Source of the DNA: an uncultured Actinomycetes bacterium
GTDB taxonomy: Bacteria; Actinomycetota; Thermoleophilia; Gaiellales; JAICJC01
Reading direction: 5' to 3'
Assembly: GCA_963821535.1 (NCBI GenBank)
Contig: CAWGEC010000003.1
Coordinates: forward strand, 273,554 to 337,553
Length of the DNA: 64,000 nucleotides
The notes below the pieces were generated by a model. The model saw nothing but the letters and a program-made list of their open reading frames with translations. It searched no databases and had not been told where the DNA came from. The translations under genes and the position numbers were made by a program. Position 1 is the first letter of the stretch. Every line of letters begins with the position of its first letter. Of this stretch, positions 36,883-45,912 are shown piece after piece.

Positions 36883-37658
36883 GCAGCGAGCTCGTCCTCG
36901 CGCCGTGGTCGAGCCGGTTTCACGGGCCGGGGATGGAGGAGGGGCCGGATGCGGTCGCGGCGTCGCTGGGCCGCGACGGCGGGATACGGGTCGGGTTCGA
37001 CCTCGACGCCCCACCCGTGCAGGCGCTCGGGGCGGGCCTCCCGGCGCTTGCCGACGCGGTGGGTGGCGCCGGCGATCCGCTCGCGCTCCTGGGGGAGTGC
37101 ACGCTCGCGCCCGCCGTGACCGCCGGCCTGCGGCGCGCGCATCCCGACCTGGCGCTCGTGTGGATCGATGCGCACGGCGACCTGAACACGCCGGAGACGA
37201 CGCCGAGCGGCTTCCTGGGCGGCATGCCGTTCGCGGTGCTGCTCGGCTGGTGTCACGACGACCTGCGCGCCGCCGCCGGGCTCGAGCCTGCGTTCGCCGA
37301 GGAGCGGGCGGCGCTGGTCGGCGCGCGCGACCTCGACCCGGGCGAGCGCGATGCGATCGCCCGCTCGCGGCTGGTGGTCGCCGACGACGTGGCGGGCGCG
37401 CTCGCCGGCCTGCCGGACGGCGCTCCGCTCCACGTCCACCTCGACGGCGACGTGCTCGACCCCGAGGACGCGCCCGGCGTCGACTTCCCCGCTCCCGGCG
37501 GCTGGCGCCTGCCGCGGCTGGTCGACGAGATGGCGGCGCTGGCGGCGACCGGCCGCGTGGTGGGCGTGAGCCTGTGCTGCGGCAATCCCCGCCGCGACCC
37601 GGAGGGCCGCTCGGCCGCCGCCTACGCCCGCGCGCTCGAGCCGCTGCTCTCGGCGTAG
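36879..37658 (+). CDS. Arginase/ureohydrolase-fold protein with a degenerate first metal motif
   Basis: GTG 36879 (GTGA overlap with the corrected otsA stop). WIDAHGDLNTP and HVHLDGDVLDP match arginase-family motifs 2 and 3. The GGDH motif position reads LLGECTL (no His). Compare rocF at 53164, which has VIGGDHAI. Confidence 0.7.
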   Translation: MSSELVLAPWSSRFHGPGMEEGPDAVAASLGRDGGIRVGFDLDAPPVQALGAGLPALADAVGGAGDPLALLGECTLAPAVTAGLRRAHPDLALVWIDAHGDLNTPETTPSGFLGGMPFAVLLGWCHDDLRAAAGLEPAFAEERAALVGARDLDPGERDAIARSRLVVADDVAGALAGLPDGAPLHVHLDGDVLDPEDAPGVDFPAPGGWRLPRLVDEMAALAATGRVVGVSLCCGNPRRDPEGRSAAAYARALEPLLSA

Positions 37659-37692
37659 CTGACACAGGGTCGCAACGATCGTGCAACACGGC

Positions 37693-37714
37693 GGGGTGCC
37701 ATACCTGGTCCCCG
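37693..37714 (+). repeat. Copy 1 of a 22-nt imperfect direct repeat (GGGGTGCCATACCTGGTCCCCG) in the moaC upstream gap
   Basis: 18/22 identity with copy 2 at 37812-37833, by my own hand alignment. Contains the TACCTGGT core. Confidence 0.5.
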
Positions 37715-37811
37715 GCCTCCCCGCCGTGACCCTTTCGTGCGTCCGGCGTTGCATCTGCCGGCTGCGATCGCCAGGGTTCCCGGCAGAGGTGCGCCGAATG
37801 CGTGTCGCCGG

Positions 37812-37833
37812 AGGGTGCGTTACCTGGTACCCG
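37812..37833 (+). repeat. Copy 2 of the 22-nt imperfect direct repeat (AGGGTGCGTTACCTGGTACCCG)
   Basis: 119 bp downstream of copy 1. Contains the 9-bp palindrome TACCTGGTA. Followed by the -10-like box TACACT (37840-37845), 8 nt before the moaC ATG. Confidence 0.5.
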
Positions 37834-37853
37834 ACCCCGTACACTTCGCGCGC

Positions 37854-38303
37854 ATGGGCGAGATCCGGATGATCGACGTGGGCGGGAAGCCTGCGACCCG
37901 GCGCCGGGCTGTCGCCCGCGGCCACGTCGCGCTGCCCGGGCACGTGCGCGAGCGGATCGCGGCCGGGACGCTCCCCAAAGGCGACGTCCTCGCCGCCGCC
38001 AGGCTCGCCGGCATCATGGCGGCCAAGCGGACGCCCGACATCGTGCCGCTGTGCCATCCGCTCGCGCTCACGATGGTCGAGGTCGAGCCGGTGCTCGACG
38101 ACGACGGCGTCACCGTCACCGCCGCCGCCGAGACGACCGCGCAGACCGGCGTCGAGATGGAGGCGCTGACCGCGGTCGCAGCCGCTGCGCTCACCGTCTA
38201 CGACATGACGAAGGGGCTCGACCCGAACTCGTCGATCGAGCACATCCGCCTGGTCGAGAAGTCGGGCGGGAAGAGCGGGGACTGGCGGCGGGAGGCGCCG
38301 TGA
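37854..38303 (+). CDS. moaC: Cyclic pyranopterin monophosphate synthase MoaC
   Basis: MGEIRMIDVGGKPATRRRAVARG...LPKGDVLAAARLAGIMAAKRTPDIVPLCHPLALT...GVEMEALTAVAAAALTVYDMTK. Start placed at ATG 37854; the upstream part of ORF 37737..38303 is not MoaC-like. Confidence 0.92.
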   Translation: MGEIRMIDVGGKPATRRRAVARGHVALPGHVRERIAAGTLPKGDVLAAARLAGIMAAKRTPDIVPLCHPLALTMVEVEPVLDDDGVTVTAAAETTAQTGVEMEALTAVAAAALTVYDMTKGLDPNSSIEHIRLVEKSGGKSGDWRREAP

Positions 38304-38774
38304 GGGCTTCCGTCCTGACGGTGTCCGACGGCGTGGCCGCCGGCACCCGCGAGGATCTGAGCGGCAATCTCCTCGCTGACCGTCTCGCCGCCGCCGGCTT
38401 CGACCTCGCCGAGCGGCGCACCGTGCCCGACGAGGCCGACGGCATCGAGGACGCGCTGCGCGAGCTCTCGGCCGTCGGCCGACCTCGTCGTGACGACGGG
38501 CGGCACCGGCTTCGCGCCGCGCGACGTCACCCCGGAGGCCACGGCGCGCGTCGTCGAGCGCGCCACGCCCGGCCTCGACGAGCACATGCGCGCCGTGTCG
38601 ATCGCGGCGTCGCCCCATGGGATGCTCTCCCGCGGCCGAAGCGGGATCGCCGGCTCCGCGCTGATCGTCAACTTCCCCGGCAGCCCACGGGCCTGCGCCG
38701 AGCTCTTCGACGCCGTCGCCCCGGCGCTCGACCACGGCCTCCGCCTCCTGCTCGACCTCCCGACGGCGCATTGA
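38300..38774 (+). pseudogene. mog: MoaB/Mog-family molybdopterin adenylyltransferase, one frameshift
   Basis: GTG 38300 (GTGA overlap). VRASVLTVSDGVAAGTREDLSGNLLADRL...; switch at about 38478; then ORF 38490..38774 VVTTGGTGFAPRDVTPEAT...GLDEHMRAVS...LIVNFPGSPRAC. Confidence 0.85.
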
Positions 38775-39631
38775 CCGCGACCCCCGTCTACGCCCGCCGG
38801 TTCGTGTCGCTCGTCAAGCTCGAGCACACCGTCTTCGCCCTGCCCTACGCCTACGCCGGCGCCGTCCTCGCCGCGGGCGAGGTGCCCGCCGCCCAGACGC
38901 TGGCCTGGATCACCGTCGCGATGGTCGGCGCGCGCAGCCTGGCGATGGCGCTCAACCGCCTGATCGACGCCGGCATCGACGCCCGCAACCCGCGCACGGC
39001 CCGCCGCGAGCTCCCCGCCGGCCTCCTCACCCCCGTCCAGGTCGCGGCGTTCGCAGCCGCCTCGCTGGCGGTCTTCCTCGTCGCCGTCTGGCAGCTCCCG
39101 CCGATCACCCACGTCCTCTGGCCGATCCCCGTCGCCGGGTTCGTCATCTACCCGTACCTGAAGCGCTTCACGTGGCTGTGCCATCCGTTCCTGGGAGCCG
39201 TGGACGGGCTCGCGCCGGTGGGCGGCTGGATCGCCGTGACCGGCACGGTCGACTGGCAGCCGTTCCTCCTCGGCGGGGCGGTCGCGCTGTGGATCGGCGG
39301 CTTCGACATCATCTACGCGACCATGGACCTCGACGTCGACGAGCGCGAGGGCCTGCACTCGATCCCGCGCCGCTTCGGGATCGGGACGGCGCTGCTCCTG
39401 ACCCGGATCGCCCACGCCGGCTCGGTCGTGCTCCTGATCTGGCTGGGGATCGACCTCGGCCTGGGCCCGCTCTACTGGCTGGGGCTCGCCGTGGTTGCCG
39501 TGCTCCTGGCCTACGAGAACTCGATCGTCTCGGAGGACGACCTGTCGCGGGTCGACATGGCGTTCCTCGGGATGAACGGGGTGATCGCGATCGTGTTCCT
39601 GGCCGGGGTGCTGGCCGATGCACTCGCCTGA
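38771..39631 (+). CDS. UbiA-family aromatic prenyltransferase (4-hydroxybenzoate polyprenyltransferase / MqnP-like)
   Basis: TTG 38771 (TTGA overlap). KLEHTVFALPYAY...ARSLAMALNRLIDAGIDARNPRTARRELP...YPYLKRFTWLCHPFLG...GGFDIIYATMDLDVDEREGLHSIPRRFG. Confidence 0.85.
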   Translation: MTATPVYARRFVSLVKLEHTVFALPYAYAGAVLAAGEVPAAQTLAWITVAMVGARSLAMALNRLIDAGIDARNPRTARRELPAGLLTPVQVAAFAAASLAVFLVAVWQLPPITHVLWPIPVAGFVIYPYLKRFTWLCHPFLGAVDGLAPVGGWIAVTGTVDWQPFLLGGAVALWIGGFDIIYATMDLDVDEREGLHSIPRRFGIGTALLLTRIAHAGSVVLLIWLGIDLGLGPLYWLGLAVVAVLLAYENSIVSEDDLSRVDMAFLGMNGVIAIVFLAGVLADALA

Positions 39632-40250
39632 GGCGGTCGTCTGCGAGGGCCTCGTTCGCCGGTTCGGGGAGCGTGACGCCCTGGCCGGCCTCGACCTCTC
39701 CGTGGCGGCGGGCGAGACGGTGCTCATCACGGGCCCGAACGGGGCCGGCAAGACGACGCTCCTTCGCATCCTCGCGACGGTGCTCCGGCCCACGTCCGGC
39801 CGCGTCGCAGTCGCCGGCCACGACCTCCCGGGCAGCGCCGGCGACGTGCGCCGCACGGTCGGATACGCGGGCCACGACCCGCTCGCGTACGCGGACCTGA
39901 CCGCTCGCGAGAACCTGGAGCTCTACGCGGCGCTCTACGCAGTCCCGGACGGCCGGGTCGACGAGGAGCTCGACCGGGTTGGGCTCGACGGCCGCCGCGG
40001 CGACCGCGCGGCCGAGCTCTCGCGCGGGATGCTCCAGCGGCTCGCGCTGGCCCGCATCGGGCTTCACCGGCCCTCGATCGTGCTTCTCGACGAGCCGACG
40101 GCCGGGCTCGATGCCGACGGCCGCGACGTCCTGCGCCGCTTCCTCGCGGAGCCGGGCCGGACGATCGTCGCCGCCACCCACGAGCCGGAGTGGTTCTCGG
40201 GCCTCGAGGACCGGGTCGTGCGGATGGACGCCGGCCGGGTGGGCGCGTGA
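39618..40250 (+). CDS. ccmA: Heme-exporter-type ABC ATPase CcmA
   Basis: 210-aa ORF. GPNGAGKTTLLRILA (Walker A), LSRGMLQRLALARI (signature), IVLLDEPTAGLD (Walker B). Followed directly by ccmB and ccmC. Confidence 0.85.
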   Translation: MHSPEAVVCEGLVRRFGERDALAGLDLSVAAGETVLITGPNGAGKTTLLRILATVLRPTSGRVAVAGHDLPGSAGDVRRTVGYAGHDPLAYADLTARENLELYAALYAVPDGRVDEELDRVGLDGRRGDRAAELSRGMLQRLALARIGLHRPSIVLLDEPTAGLDADGRDVLRRFLAEPGRTIVAATHEPEWFSGLEDRVVRMDAGRVGA

Positions 40251-40930
40251 ACGGGCGTGCGCTCCGGGCGCTCGTCCGCAAGGACCTCCTGCTCGAGCTG
40301 CGCGGCCGCGAGGTCGTCCCGTCGATGGCGGTCTTCGTCGGCGCGGCGTTCGTGCTCTTCCGCTTCGGCCTCGGAGGCACCGAGCTGGCGGGCGGCACGC
40401 GGGCGGCGACGGGCATGCTCTGGGTCGCGATCGTGTTCACGGCTCTCATCGGGCTCGCGCGGTCGTTTGCCCACGAGCGCGAGGGCCGCACATGGGACGG
40501 CCTCCTGGCGGCGCCCGTCGACCGCGCCCTCTTCTGGTTCGCGCGGGCCTGCTCGACGTTCCTCTTCCTGGTCGCGGTGCAGGCGCTCGCGCTGCCCGCG
40601 TTCTGGCTGTTCTTCCTCCAGGAGCACGCCGGGCCGTCCTACCCGGTGCTCGTGGCGGCGGTGCTTCTCGCCGACGTGGGGATCGCATGCCTCGGCTCGC
40701 TCCTGGCGGGCCTGGCGTCGGCGGTGCGGGCGCGCGAGGTGCTCCTGCCGGCGCTCTACCTGCCCTTCTCGATCCCGCTCGTCTTGACCGCCGTCCGTGT
40801 GACGACCGACACGATTCCCCCGCAAACAAGCGGGTTTGACACCCTAGAGCGCCTGGGATTCCTCGCTCTCTATGATACGGTTTTTGCGCTTCTGGGGTGG
40901 GCGCTCTTCGAGTACGTCGTGGAGGATTGA
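40247..40930 (+). CDS. ccmB: Heme exporter protein B (CcmB)
   Basis: GTG 40247 (GTGA overlap). RALVRKDLLLELRGREVVPSMAVF...FAHEREGRTWDGLLAAPV..., six hydrophobic segments. Position between ccmA and ccmC. Confidence 0.82.
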   Translation: MNGRALRALVRKDLLLELRGREVVPSMAVFVGAAFVLFRFGLGGTELAGGTRAATGMLWVAIVFTALIGLARSFAHEREGRTWDGLLAAPVDRALFWFARACSTFLFLVAVQALALPAFWLFFLQEHAGPSYPVLVAAVLLADVGIACLGSLLAGLASAVRAREVLLPALYLPFSIPLVLTAVRVTTDTIPPQTSGFDTLERLGFLALYDTVFALLGWALFEYVVED

Positions 40931-41628
40931 TGGCACATACCGCCCGCCTCGACCGGGCAACCGCCGCCACGTTGATCGCTGCGGTTCTCATGCCCGCCGC
41001 TGTCGCACTGATCTTCTTCTACGTCCCGAGCGACGTCGATCAGGGCTACTCGCAGCGGATCTTCTACTTCCACGTGCCGATCGCGCTCACCACCTACACC
41101 CTCTTCGCGTGGGGAGCCGTGAACGCCGCCCGCTACCTCTGGACCGGCCGCGAGGAGCTCGACCTCCAAAGCTACGTGCCGATGCACCTCGGCGTCATCT
41201 TCGGCTCGCTCACCCTCGTCACCGGCTCGATCTGGGCGCACATCTCGTGGGGCACGTGGTGGGACTGGGGGAGCCGCGAGCTGAACACGTTCCTCATCAT
41301 CTTCCTGTTCTACTGTGCGTACTTCATGCTGCGCTTCTCGGTGGAGCCGGGCGCCCGCCGGTCGCGGTACTCGGCCGTGTACGCGCTCCTCGGCGTCGGG
41401 CTGATCCCGCTCTCGGTGCTCGCGGTGCGCATCGCCCAGGACGCGCTCCACCCAATCGTCTTTCGATCGAACGGCGTCAACATGGACGGCAGCATGTTCT
41501 TCACGTTCCTGGTCGCGCTGGCCGCGATGCTGAGCCTGGCGGTGTCGATGTACCTCGTCGAGATGCGCGGCAAGCGGGTCGACGAGCGGCTCGCCCAGCT
41601 CCGGCGGCTGGCCCGGGGGCCGGCATGA
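40930..41628 (+). CDS. ccmC: Heme exporter protein C (CcmC)
   Basis: MAHTARLD...RIFYFHVPIA...GSIWAHISWGTWWDWGSRE (WGxxWxWD tryptophan-rich heme-handling motif)...DALHPIVF (second conserved His). Confidence 0.9.
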   Translation: MAHTARLDRATAATLIAAVLMPAAVALIFFYVPSDVDQGYSQRIFYFHVPIALTTYTLFAWGAVNAARYLWTGREELDLQSYVPMHLGVIFGSLTLVTGSIWAHISWGTWWDWGSRELNTFLIIFLFYCAYFMLRFSVEPGARRSRYSAVYALLGVGLIPLSVLAVRIAQDALHPIVFRSNGVNMDGSMFFTFLVALAAMLSLAVSMYLVEMRGKRVDERLAQLRRLARGPA

Positions 41629-41786
41629 TCGACGAGTCGGCCGTCCGGTCGGTCGCCGCCGTCTACGGCATCGCGTGGGTCGCCACGCTGGCCTACGTCG
41701 TCATCCTGAACGCGAAGCTCGGCCGGCTCGAGCGCCAGCTCGAGGAGATCGCGGGCATGCTGGAGGCTCGGAGCGGGGATGCCTAG
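41625..41786 (+). CDS. Small single-TM protein in the CcmD position (CcmD-like)
   Basis: 53 aa MIDESAVRSVAAVYGIAWVATLAYVVILNAKLGRLERQLEEIAG... ATGA overlap with the ccmC stop. Overlaps the hemA start by 8 nt. Confidence 0.6.
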   Translation: MIDESAVRSVAAVYGIAWVATLAYVVILNAKLGRLERQLEEIAGMLEARSGDA

Positions 41787-43035
41787 CACCGCCCAGCTCG
41801 TCCTCGTCGGCACCAACCACACGCGTGCCCCGGTCGCGGTGCGCGAGCGGCTGGCGGCGCACGACCACGGCCGCGAGCTCCTCGAGGTCCTGACCGGCTC
41901 GTCGGACGTGGCCGAGGCGGTCGGCCTCTCGACGTGCAACCGGTGCGAGCTCTACATGGTGGGGGCCGACGTCGGCGCCATGCGCCAGGCGGCTGTGGAC
42001 GGCCTCGGCCATCTCTCGGGGCACGCGGCCGAGCGGCTCGAGCCGATGCTGTACGTCCACCACGGCGAGGCCGCCGCGCGCCACCTCTTCGGCGTCGCCG
42101 GCGGCCTCGACTCCATGGTGCCCGGCGAGGCGCAGATCCTCGCCCAGATCCGCGAGGCCTACGAGTCCGCGTACGAGTGGGACACGACCGGCCCGGTGAC
42201 GAACCGGCTCTTCCACCAGGCGCTCGAGGCGGGCAAGCGCGTGCGCCACGAGACGGCGATCGGCGAGGGCGGCGCGTCTCCGGCCTCCGTTGCCGCCGAG
42301 CTTGCGGCCGACCGGCTCGGCGACGAGCTGGCCGCCGCGCGCGTGCTCGTCGTCGGGGCCGGCAGGGTGGCCGAGCTCGTCGCGGCCAACCTGGCCGCCC
42401 GCGGCGTCGGATCGATCGCGGTCGCCAACCGCGATGCCTCCAGGGCGTCGGCGCTCGCCTCCCGGTTCGGCGGCCAGGCGGTCGACTTCGCCGACCTGCG
42501 CGCTGCGATCGCCGCGGCGGACGTCGTCGTCGCCTCCACGGCTGCGCGGGAGCCGCTCATCGGGCCCGGCGACGTCCCTCCGGGCCGGCGCGTGCTGATC
42601 GACCTCGCCGTTCCGCGCGACATCCACCCCGACGTTGCCGCCGTCGACGGAGCCGCGCTGCACACGATCGACGACCTCGAGGCGGTGGTCGAGCGGACCA
42701 TCTCGCTGCGCCACGGCGAGGCCGACCGCGCCCACGAGATCGTCGCCGCCCAGGCGGCCGGCTTCCGCGACTGGATGGCGGCGCTCGAGGTGGTGCCGGC
42801 GATCACCTCGCTCCGGGCGCACGCCGAGCGCATCAGGGTCTCCGAGCTCCAGCGGGCGCGCCTCGGCGACCTGTCCGATGCGGAGCGCGAGCGGCTCGAC
42901 GCCCTCACCCGCGGGATCGTGAACAAGCTCCTCCACCGGCCGACCGTCCGCCTGAAGCAGCTCGCGGCCGAGGACGGCTCGGCGCCGTACGCCGAGGCGG
43001 TCACCGAGCTCTTCGGGCTGGCCGCCGTCGAATGA
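41779..43035 (+). CDS. hemA: Glutamyl-tRNA reductase HemA
   Basis: 418-aa ORF. LVLVGTNHTRAPVAVRERL...LSTCNRCELY...GLDSMVPGEAQILAQIR...VLVVGAGRVAELVA...IVNKLLHRPT. Confidence 0.94.
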   Translation: MPSTAQLVLVGTNHTRAPVAVRERLAAHDHGRELLEVLTGSSDVAEAVGLSTCNRCELYMVGADVGAMRQAAVDGLGHLSGHAAERLEPMLYVHHGEAAARHLFGVAGGLDSMVPGEAQILAQIREAYESAYEWDTTGPVTNRLFHQALEAGKRVRHETAIGEGGASPASVAAELAADRLGDELAAARVLVVGAGRVAELVAANLAARGVGSIAVANRDASRASALASRFGGQAVDFADLRAAIAAADVVVASTAAREPLIGPGDVPPGRRVLIDLAVPRDIHPDVAAVDGAALHTIDDLEAVVERTISLRHGEADRAHEIVAAQAAGFRDWMAALEVVPAITSLRAHAERIRVSELQRARLGDLSDAERERLDALTRGIVNKLLHRPTVRLKQLAAEDGSAPYAEAVTELFGLAAVE

Positions 43036-43791
43036 TCCGGCTCGGGACGCGCCGCAGCCGGCTGGCGACGGCGCAGGCCCGGATCGTCGCCGACCAGCTC
43101 GGCGGCGCGGAGCTCGTCCCCATCACGACGGAGGGCGACCGCGACGCGGCGAGGAGCTTCGCCGAGATCGGCACCGGCCGCGGCGTGTTCACCCGGGAGA
43201 TCGAGCGCGCGCTCCTGGACGGCGACGTCGACGCCGCCGTGCACAGCGCGAAGGATCTGACCGGCGACATGCCCGACGGGCTCGTGCTGGGGGCGATCCT
43301 CGAGCGGGCCGACCCCCGCGACGCGGTGCTGCGGCGCCTTCGGTTCCCTCGCCGAGATCCCGGCCGGTGCGCGGGTCGGCACCTCGTCCGCCCGGCGGGC
43401 GGGCCTGCTGGCGGAGCTTCGGCCCGACATCCGGGTGGTGCCGCTGCGCGGCAACGTCGACACCCGCCTCGCCAAGCTCGACGCCGGTGACGCCGACGCG
43501 ATCGTGCTGGCGGCGGCCGGGCTGGAGCGGCTGGGGCTCGGCGATCGGATCGCGTTCCTGCTCGATCCGCGCGAGTTCGTGCCGGAGGCCGGGCAGGGGG
43601 CGATCGCCGTCCAGGTGAGAGCGGGCGAGGAGGCGCTGGTCGCAGCGCTCGACCACGCGCCCACCCGCGCCGCCGTCGAGGCCGAGCGCGACTGCGTCCG
43701 CCGGCTGGGCGGCGGCTGCACCGCGGCGGTCGCCGCGCACGCCTGGCACGAGGACGGCGAGCTCCGTCTTCGGCACTGGACGGCCGCGTGA
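43032..43791 (+). pseudogene. hemC: Hydroxymethylbilane synthase (porphobilinogen deaminase) HemC, one frameshift
   Basis: MIRLGTRRSRLATAQARIV...TTEGDR...GVFTREIERALLDGDVDAAVHSAKDL; switch at about 43330; ARVGTSSARRAGLL...VPLRGNVDTRLAKL...EAGQGAIAVQ...RRLGGGCTAAVAA (ORF 43435..43791). Confidence 0.9.
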
Positions 43792-45237
43792 CCGTCTACC
43801 TGGTCGGCGCCGGGCCCGGGCGACCCGGGGCTCGTCACGGTCCGCGGCCGCGAGCTGGTCGAGCGCTGCGACGCGATCGTGTACGACCGGCTGGCCGACC
43901 CGCGGATCGTCGCGCTCGCGCCCGAGGCCGCCGAGAGGGTCTACGCCGGCAAGCGGCCCGGGGAGCACGCGATGACCCAGGAGCGGCTGAACGCCCTGCT
44001 GGTGGAGCTCGGCGGCCGGCTCGAGACGGTCGTCCGGCTGAAGGGCGGCGACCCCTTCGTGTTCGGCCGCGGCGGCGAGGAGGCGCTGGCGCTCGAGGGC
44101 GCCGGGATCGCCTTCGAGATCGTCCCCGGCGTCAGCTCGGCCCACGCCGTCCCCGCGTATGCCGGGATCCCGGTGACCCAGCGCGGTACGGCGGCGCAGG
44201 TGACGTTCGTGACCGGGCACGAGGATCCGACCCGGCCCGAGAGCGCCATCGACTGGGCGTCGCTCGCGGCGACCCCCGGCACGCTCGTCTTCCTGATGGG
44301 CGTCGGCGCGCTCGAGGAGAACGCCCGCCGGCTGATCGCCCACGGGATGCGCGCCGACACGCCGGCGGCGGTGATCTCACACGGGACGCGGCCCGACCAG
44401 CGCACCGTGACAGCGCCGCTCGCGCGCATCGCCGACGCCGCCGCAGAGCTGCCCGCGCCGGCGATCACCGTCGTCGGCGAGGTGGCGCTCCTGCGCGAGC
44501 ATCTGGCCTGGTTCGAGCGGCGCCCGCTCCACGGACTGCGCGTCGTCGTCACCCGGGCCCGGGCGCAGGCCAGCGGCCTGCGCGCCAGCCTGGAGGAGCT
44601 CGGCGCCGCCGTGACCGAGGCGCCTGCGATCCGGATCGAGCCGCTCCCGTTCGAGCCGCCCGATCTGTCCGCGTTCGACCTGCTCGTCCTGACCAGCGCG
44701 AACGGCGTCGAGCGGATCCTCCCGGACGACGTCCGGGCGCTGGCCGGAGTCACCGTCGCCGCGGTCGGGAGCGCGACGGCCGATGCGCTGCCGGGCGCAC
44801 GGCATCGTCGCGGACGTGGTTCCCGCGCGGGCGGTCGGCGAGGCGCTTCTCGAGGCGCTCGGCGACGTCGGCGGGCGGCGCTGCCTCGTCGCCGCGGCCG
44901 AGGGCGCCCGCGACGTCGCTCCCCGAGGGGCTCTCGGCCCGGGGCGCCGACGTGACGGTGCTGCACACGTACCGGTCGCGTTCCCGAGCCGGTCGACCCC
45001 GACGCCGTGCTCGCCGCCGACCTCGTCACGTTCACGTCGTCGTCCACCGTCGCCAACCTGGCCCGGGCCATGGACGGGCGAGACCTGTCCGGCCTCCGGG
45101 CGGTGTCGATCGGCCCGGTGACGAGCGCCAGCCTGCGGGAGGCGGGGATCGAGCCGGTCGCCGAGGCCGATCCGCACGACGTCCCCGGCCTCGTCGAGGC
45201 GGTGCTCGCGGCCGCCGGTAGAGTCCCGAGATCGTGA
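43788..45237 (+). pseudogene. Fused uroporphyrinogen-III C-methyltransferase (CobA/SUMT) and uroporphyrinogen-III synthase (HemD), about 4 frameshifts
   Basis: VTVYLVGAGPG, switch at about 43820, DPGLVTVRGRELV...LKGGDPFVFGRGGEE...FEIVPGVSSA...TFVTGHE (ORF 43879..44955), then a HemD-like part (LRVVVTRA...LVLTSANGV). Switches at about 44795, 44918 and 44975. Ends in ORF 45007..45237 (VTFTSSSTV...SIGPVTS). Confidence 0.85.
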
Positions 45238-45912
45238 GCACGGCGCGCTACGACGGCCTTGCCGACTGGTACGACACGTGGTCGGAGCGCCCGGCGGTGG
45301 CGAGCTTTACGGCGGAGGCCATCGCCGCGGTGCTGCGCCTGCTCGGCCCGGGGCCGGGCCGATGCCTCGACGTGGGCTGCGGCGGCGGGCGGCTCCTGGT
45401 CGAGCTGGCCGACGCCGGGTGGGCGGTCACCGGCGCCGACCTCTCCGGCGATCAGCTCCGGGTCGCCGAGCTGCGCGCCGGCGGGCGGGTCGACGCGCTC
45501 GTCCAGGCCGACGCGGCCGCGCTGCCCTTCGCCGACGGCGCGTTCGACGCGGTCGTCTCGACCTTCACGCACACCGACGTCGACGAGCCGGAGGCGGCCT
45601 TCGGCGAATGCGCCCGCGTGCTCGCCCGCGGCGGGCGGCTCGTGCTACGCCGGGACGCACCCCTGCTTTGTCGGGCCCTACGCGCATCAGACTGACGACG
45701 GCGTGCTCGTCCCTCCGGGCTACTGGGATCGGCGGCTGCACTTCGACGCCCCGGGGTTCGGAGACGGCGTGCGTCGCCTGGCGGGCGCCCGGCACCTCCC
45801 GCTGGCCGACCTCCTGAACCATGTGTCCGCCGCCGGGCTCGCCCTCGACCGGGTCGAGGAGGTGAACGGCGACCCACCCGGGATCCTCGCCCTCCGGGCG
45901 TCGAAGCGATGA
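45234..45912 (+). pseudogene. Class I SAM-dependent methyltransferase, one frameshift
   Basis: GTG 45234 (GTGA overlap). RCLDVGCGGGRLLVELA (motif I)...LPFADGAFDAVVS...LARGGRLV; switch at about 45645; YAGTHPCFVGPY... (tail of ORF 45259..45912). Confidence 0.8.

Noticed and set aside
35406-37658. 750-aa apparent OtsA-arginase fusion protein.
   Set aside because: OtsA-like sequence leaves this frame at about 36695 and continues in another frame to a stop at 36880-36882. That stop overlaps a GTG start for the arginase-fold gene. The fusion is a frameshift artefact.
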